A stretch of 64,000 nt of DNA from a virus (IMGVR_UViG_3300049781_000059:1-64000), one strand, 5' to 3'; shown: positions 1-9,028, counted from the stretch's first letter. The notes: generated by a model not told the origin, from the letters alone. Translations and numbers: made by a program.

Positions 1-392
1 CGGACGAAGAAGTCGCCGTGGCCCGACCGGCGCGCGCAGTAGCCCCTTCACCTCATGCAACCAACGCATCGTTCCAGGTCAGACCCAAGGGGATCGACGG
101 ACCTATTGCCGAGCCACCCCGGGAGCACCCTTGCGGCACCTTCGTAGAACCTGGGCGGCGGTGAGGCTCGCCCCCTAAATATCCCCTAACGAATCGCAGC
201 ATCGTTGCACGTCAGAAGCCAGACGACCCCCCGCTATCCCACACTTAGCAAGGGTGCGGGGGGCCGCCCCGGGTGCCGGTCCCCGTCACCGAGGGGGGGC
301 TAACCACTGGTGACGGGCCGGCACGTCTTTGGTGTCTCGACCTTCCGTATTGCCTAACGGATGCAGGTCTAGGCGGTGGTTCACTCGAAAGA

Positions 393-408
393 GGGAACAC
401 GCGTTCGA
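393..408. promoter_or_regulatory. SOS (LexA)-box-like site GAAC-ACGC-GTTC-GA
   Basis: Matches GAAC-N4-GTTC core of the actinobacterial SOS box, in intergenic DNA upstream of an XRE gene. Confidence 0.55.
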
Positions 409-572
409 ATCTTGCACACTACAGACGGCCTCGCGTCGGAACCATCCCGGCGCGGGCCTGACGCAGGCCGTCGACCCGCGGTCAGCAGTGTGACGGCTGG
501 CTCAATCCATGATCAAATAATGCCGCAGATTTGCTGCTGACATATGATCATGGTCGGTAAATCGTTGCTCGG

Positions 573-803
573 GTGCCAGCCGATCAACCGCAGTGGATCG
601 TCGACGCCCGCCAGGCCGTCGGTGACCGCATCCGCGTGCGCAGGCTGCACCTGAACATGACCCAGGAGATGCTCTCGCACGCAGCCGACGTCAACCGCAG
701 CACCATCCAGCGGATGGAAGGCGGGGGCGAGATGAAGTTGTCGCATCTCTTCCACGTCGCTGCTGCACTGCGAGTGCACGTCACCGACCTCCTGCATGGC
801 TGA
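573..803 (+). CDS. XRE-family HTH transcriptional regulator
   Basis: IRVRRLHLNMTQEMLSHAADVNRSTIQRMEGG is a typical HTH_3 pattern. Confidence 0.9.
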   Translation: MPADQPQWIVDARQAVGDRIRVRRLHLNMTQEMLSHAADVNRSTIQRMEGGGEMKLSHLFHVAAALRVHVTDLLHG

Positions 804-960
804 GGGCGGCAGCTGGCCGCATCCTGACCTTGGCTACCGAATCGACTCAAAGTCAACAACATGTTGAGCTGGGACGGAAGGGTGCGGTCCGCACTCGTGG
901 GCTCACTCTCGGCGTGCGGGGTGTGAAGACCTGCCGCTGCGTTACGTCATGGCCCAAGCC

Positions 961-1263
961 CTATGCGGCTCCTCCGGCGAGCCGGCGGAATGCTCCGTCG
1001 CTCGCCGCCACCCACGCCCGGTACAGGTCACCGGCGGTCTCACATGCCCCGGCGTCGACGTCGCAGCAGACGCGGCAGGCGAGGAAGTGCACGGTGTACG
1101 CGGACCACGCCTCCTGTGGGGGCGTGAGGTCGGTGTGGGCGGCGACTAACCGCGGCCTACTGTCGGCGGCGGGTTGGGGGTCTCTACGCTCGTCCACGTC
1201 GACGGCTCCTTCGTCGGCCAGCCCCGGGGTCGGTCGCACGGCCGCCGGGGCACCTGCGTGCAA
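961..1263 (-). CDS. hypothetical protein (Cys cluster; start uncertain)
   Basis: C-terminal half HFLACRVCCD..GAC looks like real protein; divergent from GntR gene. Confidence 0.5.
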   Translation of the reverse strand: MHAGAPAAVRPTPGLADEGAVDVDERRDPQPAADSRPRLVAAHTDLTPPQEAWSAYTVHFLACRVCCDVDAGACETAGDLYRAWVAASDGAFRRLAGGAA

Positions 1264-1292
1264 TTGCAGGGTAGCGGTGCTTGTATCGACCT

Positions 1293-1312
1293 GTCTCTGT
1301 ACGTCTCTGCAC
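1293..1312. promoter_or_regulatory. tandem 10-bp direct repeat GTCTCTG(T/C)AC, candidate GntR operator
   Basis: GTCTCTGTAC GTCTCTGCAC in the divergent intergenic region before the GntR gene. Confidence 0.35.
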
Positions 1313-1358
1313 GTAGCTCGAAGTGCTGGCTTGTAGGGGCTTGCCTAGCGTCGAGATC

Positions 1359-1625
1359 ATGGCCATTGATCCGGATGCGGAGATCGATCACGAGGGGCCC
1401 GTCACCCCGTACCGGCAGCTCGCCGAGATCCTGAAGGCGCGGATTGCGCGCGGCGACTGGGCGGAGGGGCGACCGATCGCGTCGGAGACCAGGCTGGTGC
1501 AGCAGTACGGGATCGCGCGGACGACGGTGCGGCGAGCCCTGGACGTGCTCGTCGACGAGGGCGTCGTGTGGAAGGTGCAAGGCCGCGGTACCTACGTCGG
1601 CCAGCCGCCCGCCGAGAGCTCATAG
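1359..1625 (+). CDS. GntR-family winged-HTH regulator (DNA-binding domain only)
   Basis: PYRQLAEILKARIARGDWAEGRPIASETRLVQQYGIARTTVRRALDVLVDEGVVWKVQGRGTYV. Confidence 0.9.
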   Translation: MAIDPDAEIDHEGPVTPYRQLAEILKARIARGDWAEGRPIASETRLVQQYGIARTTVRRALDVLVDEGVVWKVQGRGTYVGQPPAESS

Positions 1626-1632
1626 CCCGCTG

Positions 1633-1872
1633 TCAGGCCTCGTCATTGCTCGAGGGCATCGTGACGGCCGGGGCCAGCTTGGCGCGGATGCGGGCGAGAG
1701 CGGTCCGCACCTCCTCGGCGCCCGGCTCATTGCGGGCAGCCCACTCCTCTTCAAGGGCGACGCACTCCCAGTGGACGTCCCTGAGCGTGCGCAGGGCGAG
1801 TAGGCCCGCCCCTTTGGTCGCTTTCGCTGCTGCTTGCTGGAGTCGCTCGTAAGCACTCTGGCCGTCTGACAT
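1633..1872 (-). CDS. hypothetical protein
   Basis: MSDGQSAYERLQQ... with GAAGGAAGG RBS; 3-prime part of ORF 1633..2391. Confidence 0.6.
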   Translation of the reverse strand: MSDGQSAYERLQQAAAKATKGAGLLALRTLRDVHWECVALEEEWAARNEPGAEEVRTALARIRAKLAPAVTMPSSNDEA

Positions 1873-1960
1873 GGCGTTCCTTCCTTCGGAGGTTCCGTCG
1901 CCCTGTACGGACGACGCAACTCCTAGGCGCCTGTCAGACCCCGCCGATACGATCAGCGAT

Positions 1961-2140
1961 ATGTCCTCCACTCCCCCGCCTCCGGGTGCTTCGCGGTCTG
2001 CTGCGGTCGTGGATGCGGAGATCCGCGCGCTGTTGGAGGCGACGGGCGGCTGGTTGTGGGGGCCGACGCGGGCCCGGTATGAGGAACTGCGGGACGAGTG
2101 GGTGGCCGCCGTCCGCGAAGAGATCACGGCGGCGGCGTAG
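1961..2140 (+). CDS. hypothetical protein
   Basis: MSSTPP...VDAEIRALLEATGGWLWGPTRARYEELRDEW; followed by hairpin. Confidence 0.6.
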   Translation: MSSTPPPPGASRSAAVVDAEIRALLEATGGWLWGPTRARYEELRDEWVAAVREEITAAA

Positions 2141-2149
2141 AGTGCACGG

Positions 2150-2184
2150 CGAAGCCCCGGCCACTGATCCTGGCCGGGGCTTCG
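2150..2184. terminator. stem-loop between convergent genes
   Basis: CGAAGCCCCGGCCA / TGGCCGGGGCTTCG perfect 14-bp stem. Confidence 0.75.
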
Positions 2185-2194
2185 TTGCGTTCTG

Positions 2195-2425
2195 CTACTT
2201 GCGGTTGGCTCGGATGATGGCGAGGCAGTCCGGGCACCAGCGCTCGCCCGGCTTGTCCAGGCGCAGCGGCACGTCCTGTTTTGGACCCGGCGCGACGATC
2301 CCCTCGGTGTCGCTGCATGCAATGGGATGGAAGTCGCACTGTCCGTCGCAGCGACCGACGGACTTGTGCCAGACCAGGACGGTCTTGCCATCTGCGGCTC
2401 GGACTCGCTCCTGTGTCGCCAGCAT
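2195..2425 (-). CDS. small Cys-containing hypothetical protein
   Basis: MLATQERV...RCDGQCDFHPIAC...WCPDC; GGAGAGG RBS. Confidence 0.6.
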   Translation of the reverse strand: MLATQERVRAADGKTVLVWHKSVGRCDGQCDFHPIACSDTEGIVAPGPKQDVPLRLDKPGERWCPDCLAIIRANRK

Positions 2426-2427
2426 GG

Positions 2428-2730
2428 TCACCTCTCCTTGTGGGGCTTGGCTTCGTGGTTGCGCACGCTGGTCGGGGCTCCGGCGTATCCGCACCCGAGG
2501 GAGCATTCGACCCATCCGGATGCCAGGGCGGCGGCGCGAACCGACACTTCGGCATCGGGTCCGAAGTCGTTGTCGGCGAGCAGGCGGGCGACGGAGCCGC
2601 CATGTCGCGCAGCGATGAACGCAGCTTCGGCGATCTTGTCGTGGCCTCGGGCGAAGAAGCTGCCGATGCCGGTTTCGGCGCCGCAGCCGCACCAGCAGAA
2701 GCCGGTGGGGAGGAGGCGTTCGCCGCTCAC
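2428..2730 (-). CDS. hypothetical phage protein with CxCxC and C2H2-like motifs
   Basis: TGFCWCGCG...GHD...ECSLGCGY...RNHEAKPH. Confidence 0.7.
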   Translation of the reverse strand: MSGERLLPTGFCWCGCGAETGIGSFFARGHDKIAEAAFIAARHGGSVARLLADNDFGPDAEVSVRAAALASGWVECSLGCGYAGAPTSVRNHEAKPHKER

Positions 2731-2897
2731 TTTCCACCCTCCAGCAGCGCGCCGATCGCGGCCACGACGTCGGACACGGCTTGGTTGTAGGCCTCATCTT
2801 CGGGGGTGCCGGTTTCGTCGTGCAGGTACTCGCCGCGTGCGGCTTCGATGGCTTCTTGGAGGGCGGCTGAGCGGGCTTCACTCTGGGCTTCAGTCAT
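2727..2897 (-). CDS. hypothetical protein
   Basis: MTEAQSEARSAALQEAI...; 4-bp overlap with next gene. Confidence 0.6.
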   Translation of the reverse strand: MTEAQSEARSAALQEAIEAARGEYLHDETGTPEDEAYNQAVSDVVAAIGALLEGGK

Positions 2898-2927
2898 GCC
2901 CCCAAGATAGCCAATCAAGAACGGCAA

Positions 2928-3197
2928 TCAAGATGTACGTAGGGAAAATACGCCCCGACACGTAGACGGGCCTGCACCCGGAAGGCGCGAACCGCCGACG
3001 TAGGATCCCCGGGTGGCACACACCTTCGAAGATCTTGTGAACCTGGAGCGGCAGGCCGAGGCCGCGTGGTGCTCGTGCCCGTTGCTGTCGGTCCCCCGCC
3101 ACGTTGGGTCCGGCTCAGGCAGGTTCGAGTGGACCCATTCGCCGTCGCTCTCGAACTCCAGGGTGCCGTCCTGAAGCACAAACTCCTGCGTGGCCAT
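2928..3197 (-). pseudogene. possible truncated or chimeric ORF
   Basis: First ~45 aa (MATQEFVLQDG...GHEHH) look protein-like with RBS; remainder looks out of frame. Confidence 0.3.
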
Positions 3198-3484
3198 CCG
3201 ATCCCTCCCTATGCGGCGGGCCCCGTCTGCGTGACCAGACGGGGCCTTCAGCCACAACAAACCCGACTTGCTCGTCGGATCGATAGGACGAGTCTACGAG
3301 GGGTCGCTGACAGTGCCGGGGCGTCGCGTCGACAGCACGTACACGCCCGGCTGGCCCTGCGGCTGGCGGGCATCGGGCAGCAGATGAACCGGCAGCCAGC
3401 CGTCATGGCGGCGCATCACCTGCCGCAGCGCACGATCACGGGACGGGAACGGGCGGACGCTCATGGCGGCAGCATGGCAGAAGA

Positions 3485-3682
3485 TCACGGACGCTCTGGC
3501 CACTCCGTCAACCGCTCCCCCGTCTCCTCATCCACAAGGGTGACGCGGGCGCCGGACCGGCTGCCGTGCTCGCCGACCCATGACGCGAACTTGCGGCGGG
3601 CCACGGCCTCGTCATTCCACCAGCCCTGGAGTAGCGGCTGTCCGTCGGTGGTGACGGTCACCTGATAGCGGCCGGCGGTCAT
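3485..3682 (-). CDS. hypothetical protein
   Basis: MTAGRYQVTVTTDGQPLLQGWWNDEAVARRKF...EWPERP. Confidence 0.65.
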   Translation of the reverse strand: MTAGRYQVTVTTDGQPLLQGWWNDEAVARRKFASWVGEHGSRSGARVTLVDEETGERLTEWPERP

Positions 3683-3701
3683 GGGAGCCTCATGCAGGTC
3701 A

Positions 3702-3920
3702 TCATGCGAGCCGGATTCCGCGCGGCTGGTGCGGCTCGCGGACGATGGCGCCCTTCGCCTCCAGCTCCCGCAGTTGGTAGTGCACCGACGACCAGGACCG
3801 CAGCCCGACCCGTTCGGCGATCTCGGCGACGGTTGGGGCGACGCCCTCGTCGGTGATGGCCTGCCGGATGACGTGGAGGATCGTCTCCTGTCGTGGGGTG
3901 AGGTAGTCGACGCGGCGCAT
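3702..3920 (-). CDS. LexA N-terminal DNA-binding-domain-only protein
   Basis: LTPRQETILHVIRQAITDEGVAPTVAEIAERVGLRSWSSVHYQLRELEAKGAIVREPHQPRGI matches LexA NTD; no peptidase domain. Confidence 0.85.
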   Translation of the reverse strand: MRRVDYLTPRQETILHVIRQAITDEGVAPTVAEIAERVGLRSWSSVHYQLRELEAKGAIVREPHQPRGIRLA

Positions 3921-3928
3921 GCCCCCAG

Positions 3929-3944
3929 TAGAACCCGTGTTCGA
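3929..3944. promoter_or_regulatory. SOS (LexA) box TAGAAC-CCGT-GTTCGA
   Basis: Near-consensus TCGAAC-N4-GTTCGA in the 45-bp gap between divergent genes. Confidence 0.65.
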
Positions 3945-3965
3945 ATATGGGTGCAAGCTGGAGGC

Positions 3966-4304
3966 GTGACCGACCTGCCACCTGACCTGCCGCGACTCCG
4001 CACCCTGGAGACCTGGCTCGCCCTCACCCTCGACCAGGTGCGGGCCGCCATCAGAATGGCCGAGCAGCGCGAGGCTGAGCAGCAGCGCGGCGAACGGGAC
4101 CGGCCCACGCCGCCCGACTGGCTGCTGGAACTGGGCCTCAACCGGGACAGCCCGCCCGTCCAGGTACACGTCGGCGACTGCTGGAACAAGGGCAAGCGAA
4201 CCCGCGGCATCAGCCTCGACGAAGCCCGGCGCGCGATCACCGAAGGCGTGAAGCCGTGCGGCGCGTGCCGGCCAGACTCGGCGCTCGGCTTCCTGGACAG
4301 CTAG
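3966..4304 (+). CDS. DUF6233-like protein
   Basis: W.LE......VH.GDC...G......EA..A....V.PC..CRPD..LG pattern (recalled family). Confidence 0.75.
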   Translation: MTDLPPDLPRLRTLETWLALTLDQVRAAIRMAEQREAEQQRGERDRPTPPDWLLELGLNRDSPPVQVHVGDCWNKGKRTRGISLDEARRAITEGVKPCGACRPDSALGFLDS

Positions 4305-5206
4305 GCGGACTTCCGTGGCTTCCGGGCCGTCTTCTTCGCCGCGGTCTTCTTCGCCGGCTGCTTCTTCGCGGCCCGCTTCTTCGGCATCTCGTGGACGTCC
4401 GCGTGCTCGCCGGTGTCTTCGCCGCGGGACTCCTTCGCCTTCGACACGGACTGCTGGAGGGCGGCCATGAGGTCGACCAGCTGTCCCGACTCGGCGGCGG
4501 GCTCGGGCGCGGCCGGGGGCTGGCGGTGCTCGCGCTTCGCTTCGATCAGCTCGGCGACGGCCTCCGTGTACGTGTCGCGGAAGTCGGGGGCGTCGAGGTC
4601 GTCTCGGGTCATCGTGTCCATGAGGGCGAGCGCCCCATCGATCTCCTCGTCGGACAGTTCGACGGGCGGCGGGGTCAGCGAGGAGGGGTCGCGGATCTCG
4701 TCGGGCCAGCGCATGGCGTGCAGGACGATGGCCTCGCCGCGGACCCGCAGCAGGCCGAGGCGCTCCCGGCCGGACCAGGCGTACCGGGCCACGGCCACGC
4801 GGCTGCTGCGTTCGAGGGCCTGGCGGAGCAGGACGTAGGGCTTCGCGGCGACCTGCCCGTCCGGCGCCAGGTAGTAGCCGTCACCGATCCGGATCGGGTC
4901 GATCGACTCCCACGGCATGAACGCCACGATTTCGATGGCCTTGGCCGTCGGTAGGGGCAGGTCCCGCAGTTCCTGATCGGTGATGGGGATCACGGTGTCT
5001 CGGGAGATCTCGTAGCCCTTGCCGATCTCCGAGGTGGCGACCTCGCGGTCCTCCAGCTCGCACACCTTCCGGGTCCGCACCCGGGCCATGTCCTCCAGGT
5101 GCACCCGGTGGAAGTGGAACGAGTGGTCCTCGGTGGCGCTCACCACATGGATGGGGACGGTGACCAGGCCGAACGAGATGGCGCCGGACCAGATGGTGCG
5201 GGGCAT
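4301..5206 (-). CDS. ku: Ku DNA end-binding protein (NHEJ)
   Basis: MPRTIWSGAISFGLVTVPI...KGYE...KPYVLLRQAL...RERL...MRWPDEIR; basic Lys/Ala tail. Confidence 0.95.
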   Translation of the reverse strand: MPRTIWSGAISFGLVTVPIHVVSATEDHSFHFHRVHLEDMARVRTRKVCELEDREVATSEIGKGYEISRDTVIPITDQELRDLPLPTAKAIEIVAFMPWESIDPIRIGDGYYLAPDGQVAAKPYVLLRQALERSSRVAVARYAWSGRERLGLLRVRGEAIVLHAMRWPDEIRDPSSLTPPPVELSDEEIDGALALMDTMTRDDLDAPDFRDTYTEAVAELIEAKREHRQPPAAPEPAAESGQLVDLMAALQQSVSKAKESRGEDTGEHADVHEMPKKRAAKKQPAKKTAAKKTARKPRKSA

Positions 5207-5354
5207 GACGAACCTCCGTAGCAGCCCCGAGCATAGCCAGCCTACGAGGAGCACACCCACACCGCTACGCACATACCGCCACAGAACGGGTGAATGGGGG
5301 CACATGCCGGGGGCACTCCGTCCCGTGGATCCCCCACAGGAACGGAGCCACGCA

Positions 5355-5606
5355 ATGATCGTCAAGAAGCTGCACGAGAAGGGCGTCAAAAGCGAGCACG
5401 CCTACCTCGCCGCCTTCGCCTCCATCGGCCTCACCGTCGCCGCCTGGGCCACCAGCCTCAAAGCCGAACCCGGCGTCAACATCGACCGCGCCGACCGATG
5501 GGGCCTCTTCGTAGGCGAATGGGCGCCCACCTTCTTCGGCCTCGGCCTCGCCCTCTCCCACTACGAACAGCACGACGGCAGCCTCGCCCACATCCACGAG
5601 GACTGA
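5355..5606 (+). CDS. small membrane protein
   Basis: Two hydrophobic segments; RADRWGLFVGEWAPTFFGLGLAL. Confidence 0.75.
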   Translation: MIVKKLHEKGVKSEHAYLAAFASIGLTVAAWATSLKAEPGVNIDRADRWGLFVGEWAPTFFGLGLALSHYEQHDGSLAHIHED

Positions 5607-5705
5607 GCCCAGTCGGCCACAGCAGGGCAGCGTCCGCCTCTGGCAGAAGGGGCGGACGCCGCCACACCCCGCGCCGTTGTCAGTGCCACCAGGCATGATG
5701 CGGGC

Positions 5706-5888
5706 ATGGCGATCACGATGCAGAGCTACAGCTTCACCTGGACCGACCCCGACGGCACCCCGCGCGCCTCCGCCGTCGCCTACGACCGAACCAGCGCCGA
5801 CCGGCGACGGAAGGAACTGGAGAAGGCCGGGGTGACGGAGATCGTCGAGGTGCCCGTCAAGCCCGGGGAACTGCCCACCACAGGCTGA
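5706..5888 (+). CDS. hypothetical protein
   Basis: Protein-like composition and high-GC codon usage. Confidence 0.55.
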   Translation: MAITMQSYSFTWTDPDGTPRASAVAYDRTSADRRRKELEKAGVTEIVEVPVKPGELPTTG

Positions 5889-5995
5889 ACGCAGAAGCCC
5901 TATCGTCACGAACGAATGACATCTACCCCGTAGCTTCACAACTCCTCCACGGTGCCGCTACCGTCAACGCTTCAACAGCCACCTCGGGGGGGATC

Positions 5996-6463
5996 ATGGC
6001 CAACCCTTTTACGCCGCCAGCAGCAGGACGACCCGCACCCAAGTGGGCGCGGAAACGCTACGTCGGGCCCGCCATCGCTCTCGCCTTCCTCCTCGGCATC
6101 GGAGCCGGCGCCAGCGACACGCAGCCGAAGGACGACGCGAAGACCGTCTCCGCCAAACCGCAGCCCACCGTGACCGTCACCGCCACAAAGACCGCGACCG
6201 CTACCGCGGACCCCGAGCCGGCGCCCACCGTCACGGAAACCGTCGAGGTTGAAGTCACGGAAACCGTCACCGCCGAACCCGCCTACGACGACAACAGCGG
6301 CGGAGGAAGCGACAGCGACGACAACAGTGGTGGTGGCAGCGTCTACTACGAGAACTGTGCCGCAGCCCGCGCCGCCGGAGCCGCACCCGTCCACGCTGGA
6401 GAGCCCGGATACGGCCGCCACCTCGACCGCGACGGCGACGGCACAGGCTGCGACTGGGGATAG
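5996..6463 (+). CDS. membrane-anchored Excalibur calcium-binding domain protein
   Basis: N-terminal TM, Thr/Pro linker, YYENCAAARAAGAAPVHAGEPGYGRHLDRDGDGTGCD. Confidence 0.9.
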   Translation: MANPFTPPAAGRPAPKWARKRYVGPAIALAFLLGIGAGASDTQPKDDAKTVSAKPQPTVTVTATKTATATADPEPAPTVTETVEVEVTETVTAEPAYDDNSGGGSDSDDNSGGGSVYYENCAAARAAGAAPVHAGEPGYGRHLDRDGDGTGCDWG

Positions 6464-6484
6464 GCCACAGCGTCAGACGCGCGA

Positions 6485-6517
6485 CCGCCCCGTCTCCCAC
6501 AGCGGGGAGCGGGGCGG
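6485..6517 (+). terminator. stem-loop after Excalibur gene
   Basis: CCGCCCCG / CGGGGCGG inverted repeat. Confidence 0.5.
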
Positions 6518-6689
6518 AAGGCTGGACGACTCCGGGGGTCGCAACCACCTCAAGGGTGGAGGGATCCAGTTGCCTGGTTCCGACCTGATCCCGGCAGACG
6601 CTGGCCCGCCCGGCTATCAACCGACACAATCTCGGGCGCCCCGGTTTCCCGCGAGCAGACGAGCGTGACCACCACCAGAATGCCAGAGA

Positions 6690-6719
6690 CCCCGTCGCGA
6701 CGGGGGATGCGCGACGGGG
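6690..6719 (-). terminator. stem-loop after recombinase operon
   Basis: CCCCGTCGCG / CGCGACGGGG perfect 10-bp stem. Confidence 0.55.
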
Positions 6720-6745
6720 CCGAGTCCAGTCTGGCACGGTGAGCG

Positions 6746-7075
6746 TCAACGGCGGCGCCAACCGGGTTTGCCACCCATCGGGATGCTGCCTGTCGTCCAG
6801 GTGCGAGATCCCTTGCTCAGCTCCCGTCGCTCCGCCCGGAAGCCTTCGTACTCTTCCAGCGCGTACTCCTGGATCTCCTCGAACGTGTCGGCGTAGCCGT
6901 GCCACTCCTTACCCGTCCCCATCACGCTCCAGATGGTGAACTCCCAGCAAGGTGTCTCGCCGTCAGCCACCTCCCTGTCGCTGAGCTTCTCAGGGTGAAC
7001 TACGCCGATGCGCTCATCGCCGTCGTAGAGGTCGAAGCGATCTGGTTCGTCGGTGGTGCGGAACTCCAAGGTCAT
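6746..7075 (-). CDS. hypothetical protein coupled to recombinase
   Basis: MTLEFRTTDEPDRFDLYDG...; 4-bp overlap with recombinase stop. Confidence 0.7.
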   Translation of the reverse strand: MTLEFRTTDEPDRFDLYDGDERIGVVHPEKLSDREVADGETPCWEFTIWSVMGTGKEWHGYADTFEEIQEYALEEYEGFRAERRELSKGSRTWTTGSIPMGGKPGWRRR

Positions 7076-8091
7076 AGTCCGATGTCCTCCGATGCGGCGT
7101 CGGTCCACTTGTCGGCTTCGCGGATGTAGCCCCAGAAGGCGGGGCTGTTCTCGGCGTGGCCGGACTGTTCGCGGATCTTCTCCTCCCGCTTGCCTGCACG
7201 TCGAGAGGTGGTGATGAATCCAGCTCGCATCGAGTGCCCGGTGAGGCGGACGGTGAGGCCGGCGCGTTCGGCGTTGCGGGCGATGATCTCGCGGACGGCT
7301 TCTGGTGAGAGGGCGTGGCCGCCGAGGCGGCCGTGGACGGTGATGGGCAGGAAGGCTGGCCCGGTGGTGATGCCTGCGGCGGCGCGCCAGGTGAGCCAAG
7401 CGCGGACGGGGCAGGTGTCGGGGTTCTTGCCGTAGCCGACAACGACGTCTCGGGGTGGCCGTCCCTTGACGGCGGGGACGTGGACTTCGAGGCCCTGGCT
7501 GACGTGGACGATGCCCTCTGCTCGGAGGGCGGCGACTTCGGCGGAGCGTCCGGAGATGCCGAAGGCGATGAGCCAGAGGGCCCGGTCTCGGAGTCCGGCG
7601 AGCGAGTCGGGTATGGCGGCGGCCATCTGGCGCAACTGCTCGGGGGTTGCGGCTGGGGCCTTGCCGCGTCCGCGTGCTTGCCGTTCGGGGTCGTTTTTCA
7701 GCGGCTTGAGGGCTTGCCGGGCGGCGACGGTGGCGGCCTTGGGTACTTCGACGCCGTGCTCGTTCCGCGCGGTGACGGTGACGCCGGTGATCCGGCGGTC
7801 GATCGAGTTGGGCGCGGCGAGTTTGATGGTGTCGAGCCAGACGACGAACCCGACGAGCGTGCCCTTGGTGACGGCGGTCAACGGCAGCGGCTGCCCGGTG
7901 CGCTCCCCCAGCCAGCCGTGGAACTCCTCCCACAGCGCCCAGTCGTTGGCGTAGCCGCGCTTCGTGTTGTGGGGGCGGATGGCATCGAGGTGCTTCTCGG
8001 CTGCCTCTTCCATGGCGGCCAGGACGGCGAGCGTCGCAGCGTCGTAGACGGCGGGGATGGCGTCCGGCTGGCGAGGGGCGAGGTCGGTCAT
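7072..8091 (-). CDS. tyrosine recombinase, Cre/Xer-like resolvase type
   Basis: NTKRGYANDW core-binding helix; RDRALWL...GRSAEV (R), VKG (K), GHSMRAG (HxxR), SGH...FWGY (H,Y). Confidence 0.9.
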   Translation of the reverse strand: MTDLAPRQPDAIPAVYDAATLAVLAAMEEAAEKHLDAIRPHNTKRGYANDWALWEEFHGWLGERTGQPLPLTAVTKGTLVGFVVWLDTIKLAAPNSIDRRITGVTVTARNEHGVEVPKAATVAARQALKPLKNDPERQARGRGKAPAATPEQLRQMAAAIPDSLAGLRDRALWLIAFGISGRSAEVAALRAEGIVHVSQGLEVHVPAVKGRPPRDVVVGYGKNPDTCPVRAWLTWRAAAGITTGPAFLPITVHGRLGGHALSPEAVREIIARNAERAGLTVRLTGHSMRAGFITTSRRAGKREEKIREQSGHAENSPAFWGYIREADKWTDAASEDIGL

Positions 8092-8118
8092 GGGGTCTCC
8101 GATCGGGTACGGTACGGG

Positions 8119-8153
8119 CGATGCCCCGGCTGCTTGCCTCAGCCGGGGCATCG
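8119..8153 (-). terminator. stem-loop after PAPS-reductase-family gene
   Basis: CGATGCCCCGGCTG / CAGCCGGGGCATCG perfect 14-bp stem. Confidence 0.7.
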
Positions 8154-8164
8154 TTACGGGCGGG

Positions 8165-8968
8165 TCATGCGGCGTTGGTGAAGCATCCGCAACCGCCCCA
8201 GTCGTCGCCGTCGATGACGTCGAGCAGCGTGGGCTGGGCGGCCTTCTGGTTTTCGATGCGCTCGCGGAGCGCGGCCAGCGTTAGCGGCTTCGTCGTTCCG
8301 CCGCGCCGGTCGCGGAGTATGGACACGTCCTTGCCGAGCAGTGTCCGCATCTTGATCTCGGCGGCCTCCGCGCGGGCGTACCTCTCGGGAAAGACGTCCA
8401 GCAGCCGCGCCCACTGCGCCTGGCCACCCTTCACGCACGCACCCCCGCAGTTGTTGTGCGCGAAGCCCAGGTCGTAGAGGCGGGGGCGGCGCAGACCAAC
8501 GGCGGCGGCCTCAGCGAACCACTGATCCTTGTCGCGGTACGGCGGCTGCGTTAGCGGGAACTCGACCTGCCACGGCGCCCACCCAGACCGGACGGCGGGG
8601 ATGCGGTGGGTCTCGGTCCAGTCGATGCCGACGTACAGCACGGTGTCAGCCGGGTCGGTGTTGGCGGTCAACCAGTCGCGGCACGGCTCTTGCTTCAGCG
8701 CGTGAGAGCACTGCGCGACACGCGTGTTGCCGAGCCACCGCTTGTCCTCGAACACCTGCCACGGGTCACGCTCCCGCGCGTCGGCGACACGGATCAGGTC
8801 CATGCCGAGCTGGGCGGCCGCCTCACGGTTCCAGCGGTGCAGGTCTTCATCTTCTGCGTTGGTGTCGGCGAACAGCAGGACCGTGCTGGCCGCGCCGTGT
8901 TCGGCGATGACGTGCCGGGCGGTGGCCCAGCTTGTGATCCCACCGGACCACATCACTACATGCTTCAT
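8165..8968 (-). CDS. PAPS-reductase / PP-loop adenine-nucleotide alpha-hydrolase family protein
   Basis: VMWSGGITS PP-loop, LLFADT, QCSHALK, GFAHNNCGGACVKGG, terminal GGCGC. Confidence 0.85.
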   Translation of the reverse strand: MKHVVMWSGGITSWATARHVIAEHGAASTVLLFADTNAEDEDLHRWNREAAAQLGMDLIRVADARERDPWQVFEDKRWLGNTRVAQCSHALKQEPCRDWLTANTDPADTVLYVGIDWTETHRIPAVRSGWAPWQVEFPLTQPPYRDKDQWFAEAAAVGLRRPRLYDLGFAHNNCGGACVKGGQAQWARLLDVFPERYARAEAAEIKMRTLLGKDVSILRDRRGGTTKPLTLAALRERIENQKAAQPTLLDVIDGDDWGGCGCFTNAA

Positions 8969-8988
8969 GGGAACCTCCTGATCTAATC

Positions 8989-9028
8989 GTAAGGGGACCC
9001 CTTACACATGTCAACCCACCCCTTACAC
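8989..9028. promoter_or_regulatory. operator: palindrome GTAAGGGG-A-CCCCTTAC plus repeated ACCCCTTACAC half-site
   Basis: Perfect 8-bp arms at 8989-9005; ACCCCTTACAC at 8997-9007 and 9018-9028, in a divergent intergenic gap. Confidence 0.65.

Noticed and set aside
273-461. 62-aa plus-strand ORF
   Set aside because: Overlaps a hairpin and the SOS-like box, with no motif or RBS; more likely regulatory DNA
6746-7933. 395-aa ORF as listed in the track
   Set aside because: Only the last 109 codons (from 7075) are protein-like; the rest is an alternative frame of the recombinase
8165-8968. Dnd/Ssp phosphorothioation system or sulfate assimilation cluster
   Set aside because: No partner genes (dndA/B/D/E, sspB/C/E, cysD/N/C) in the window
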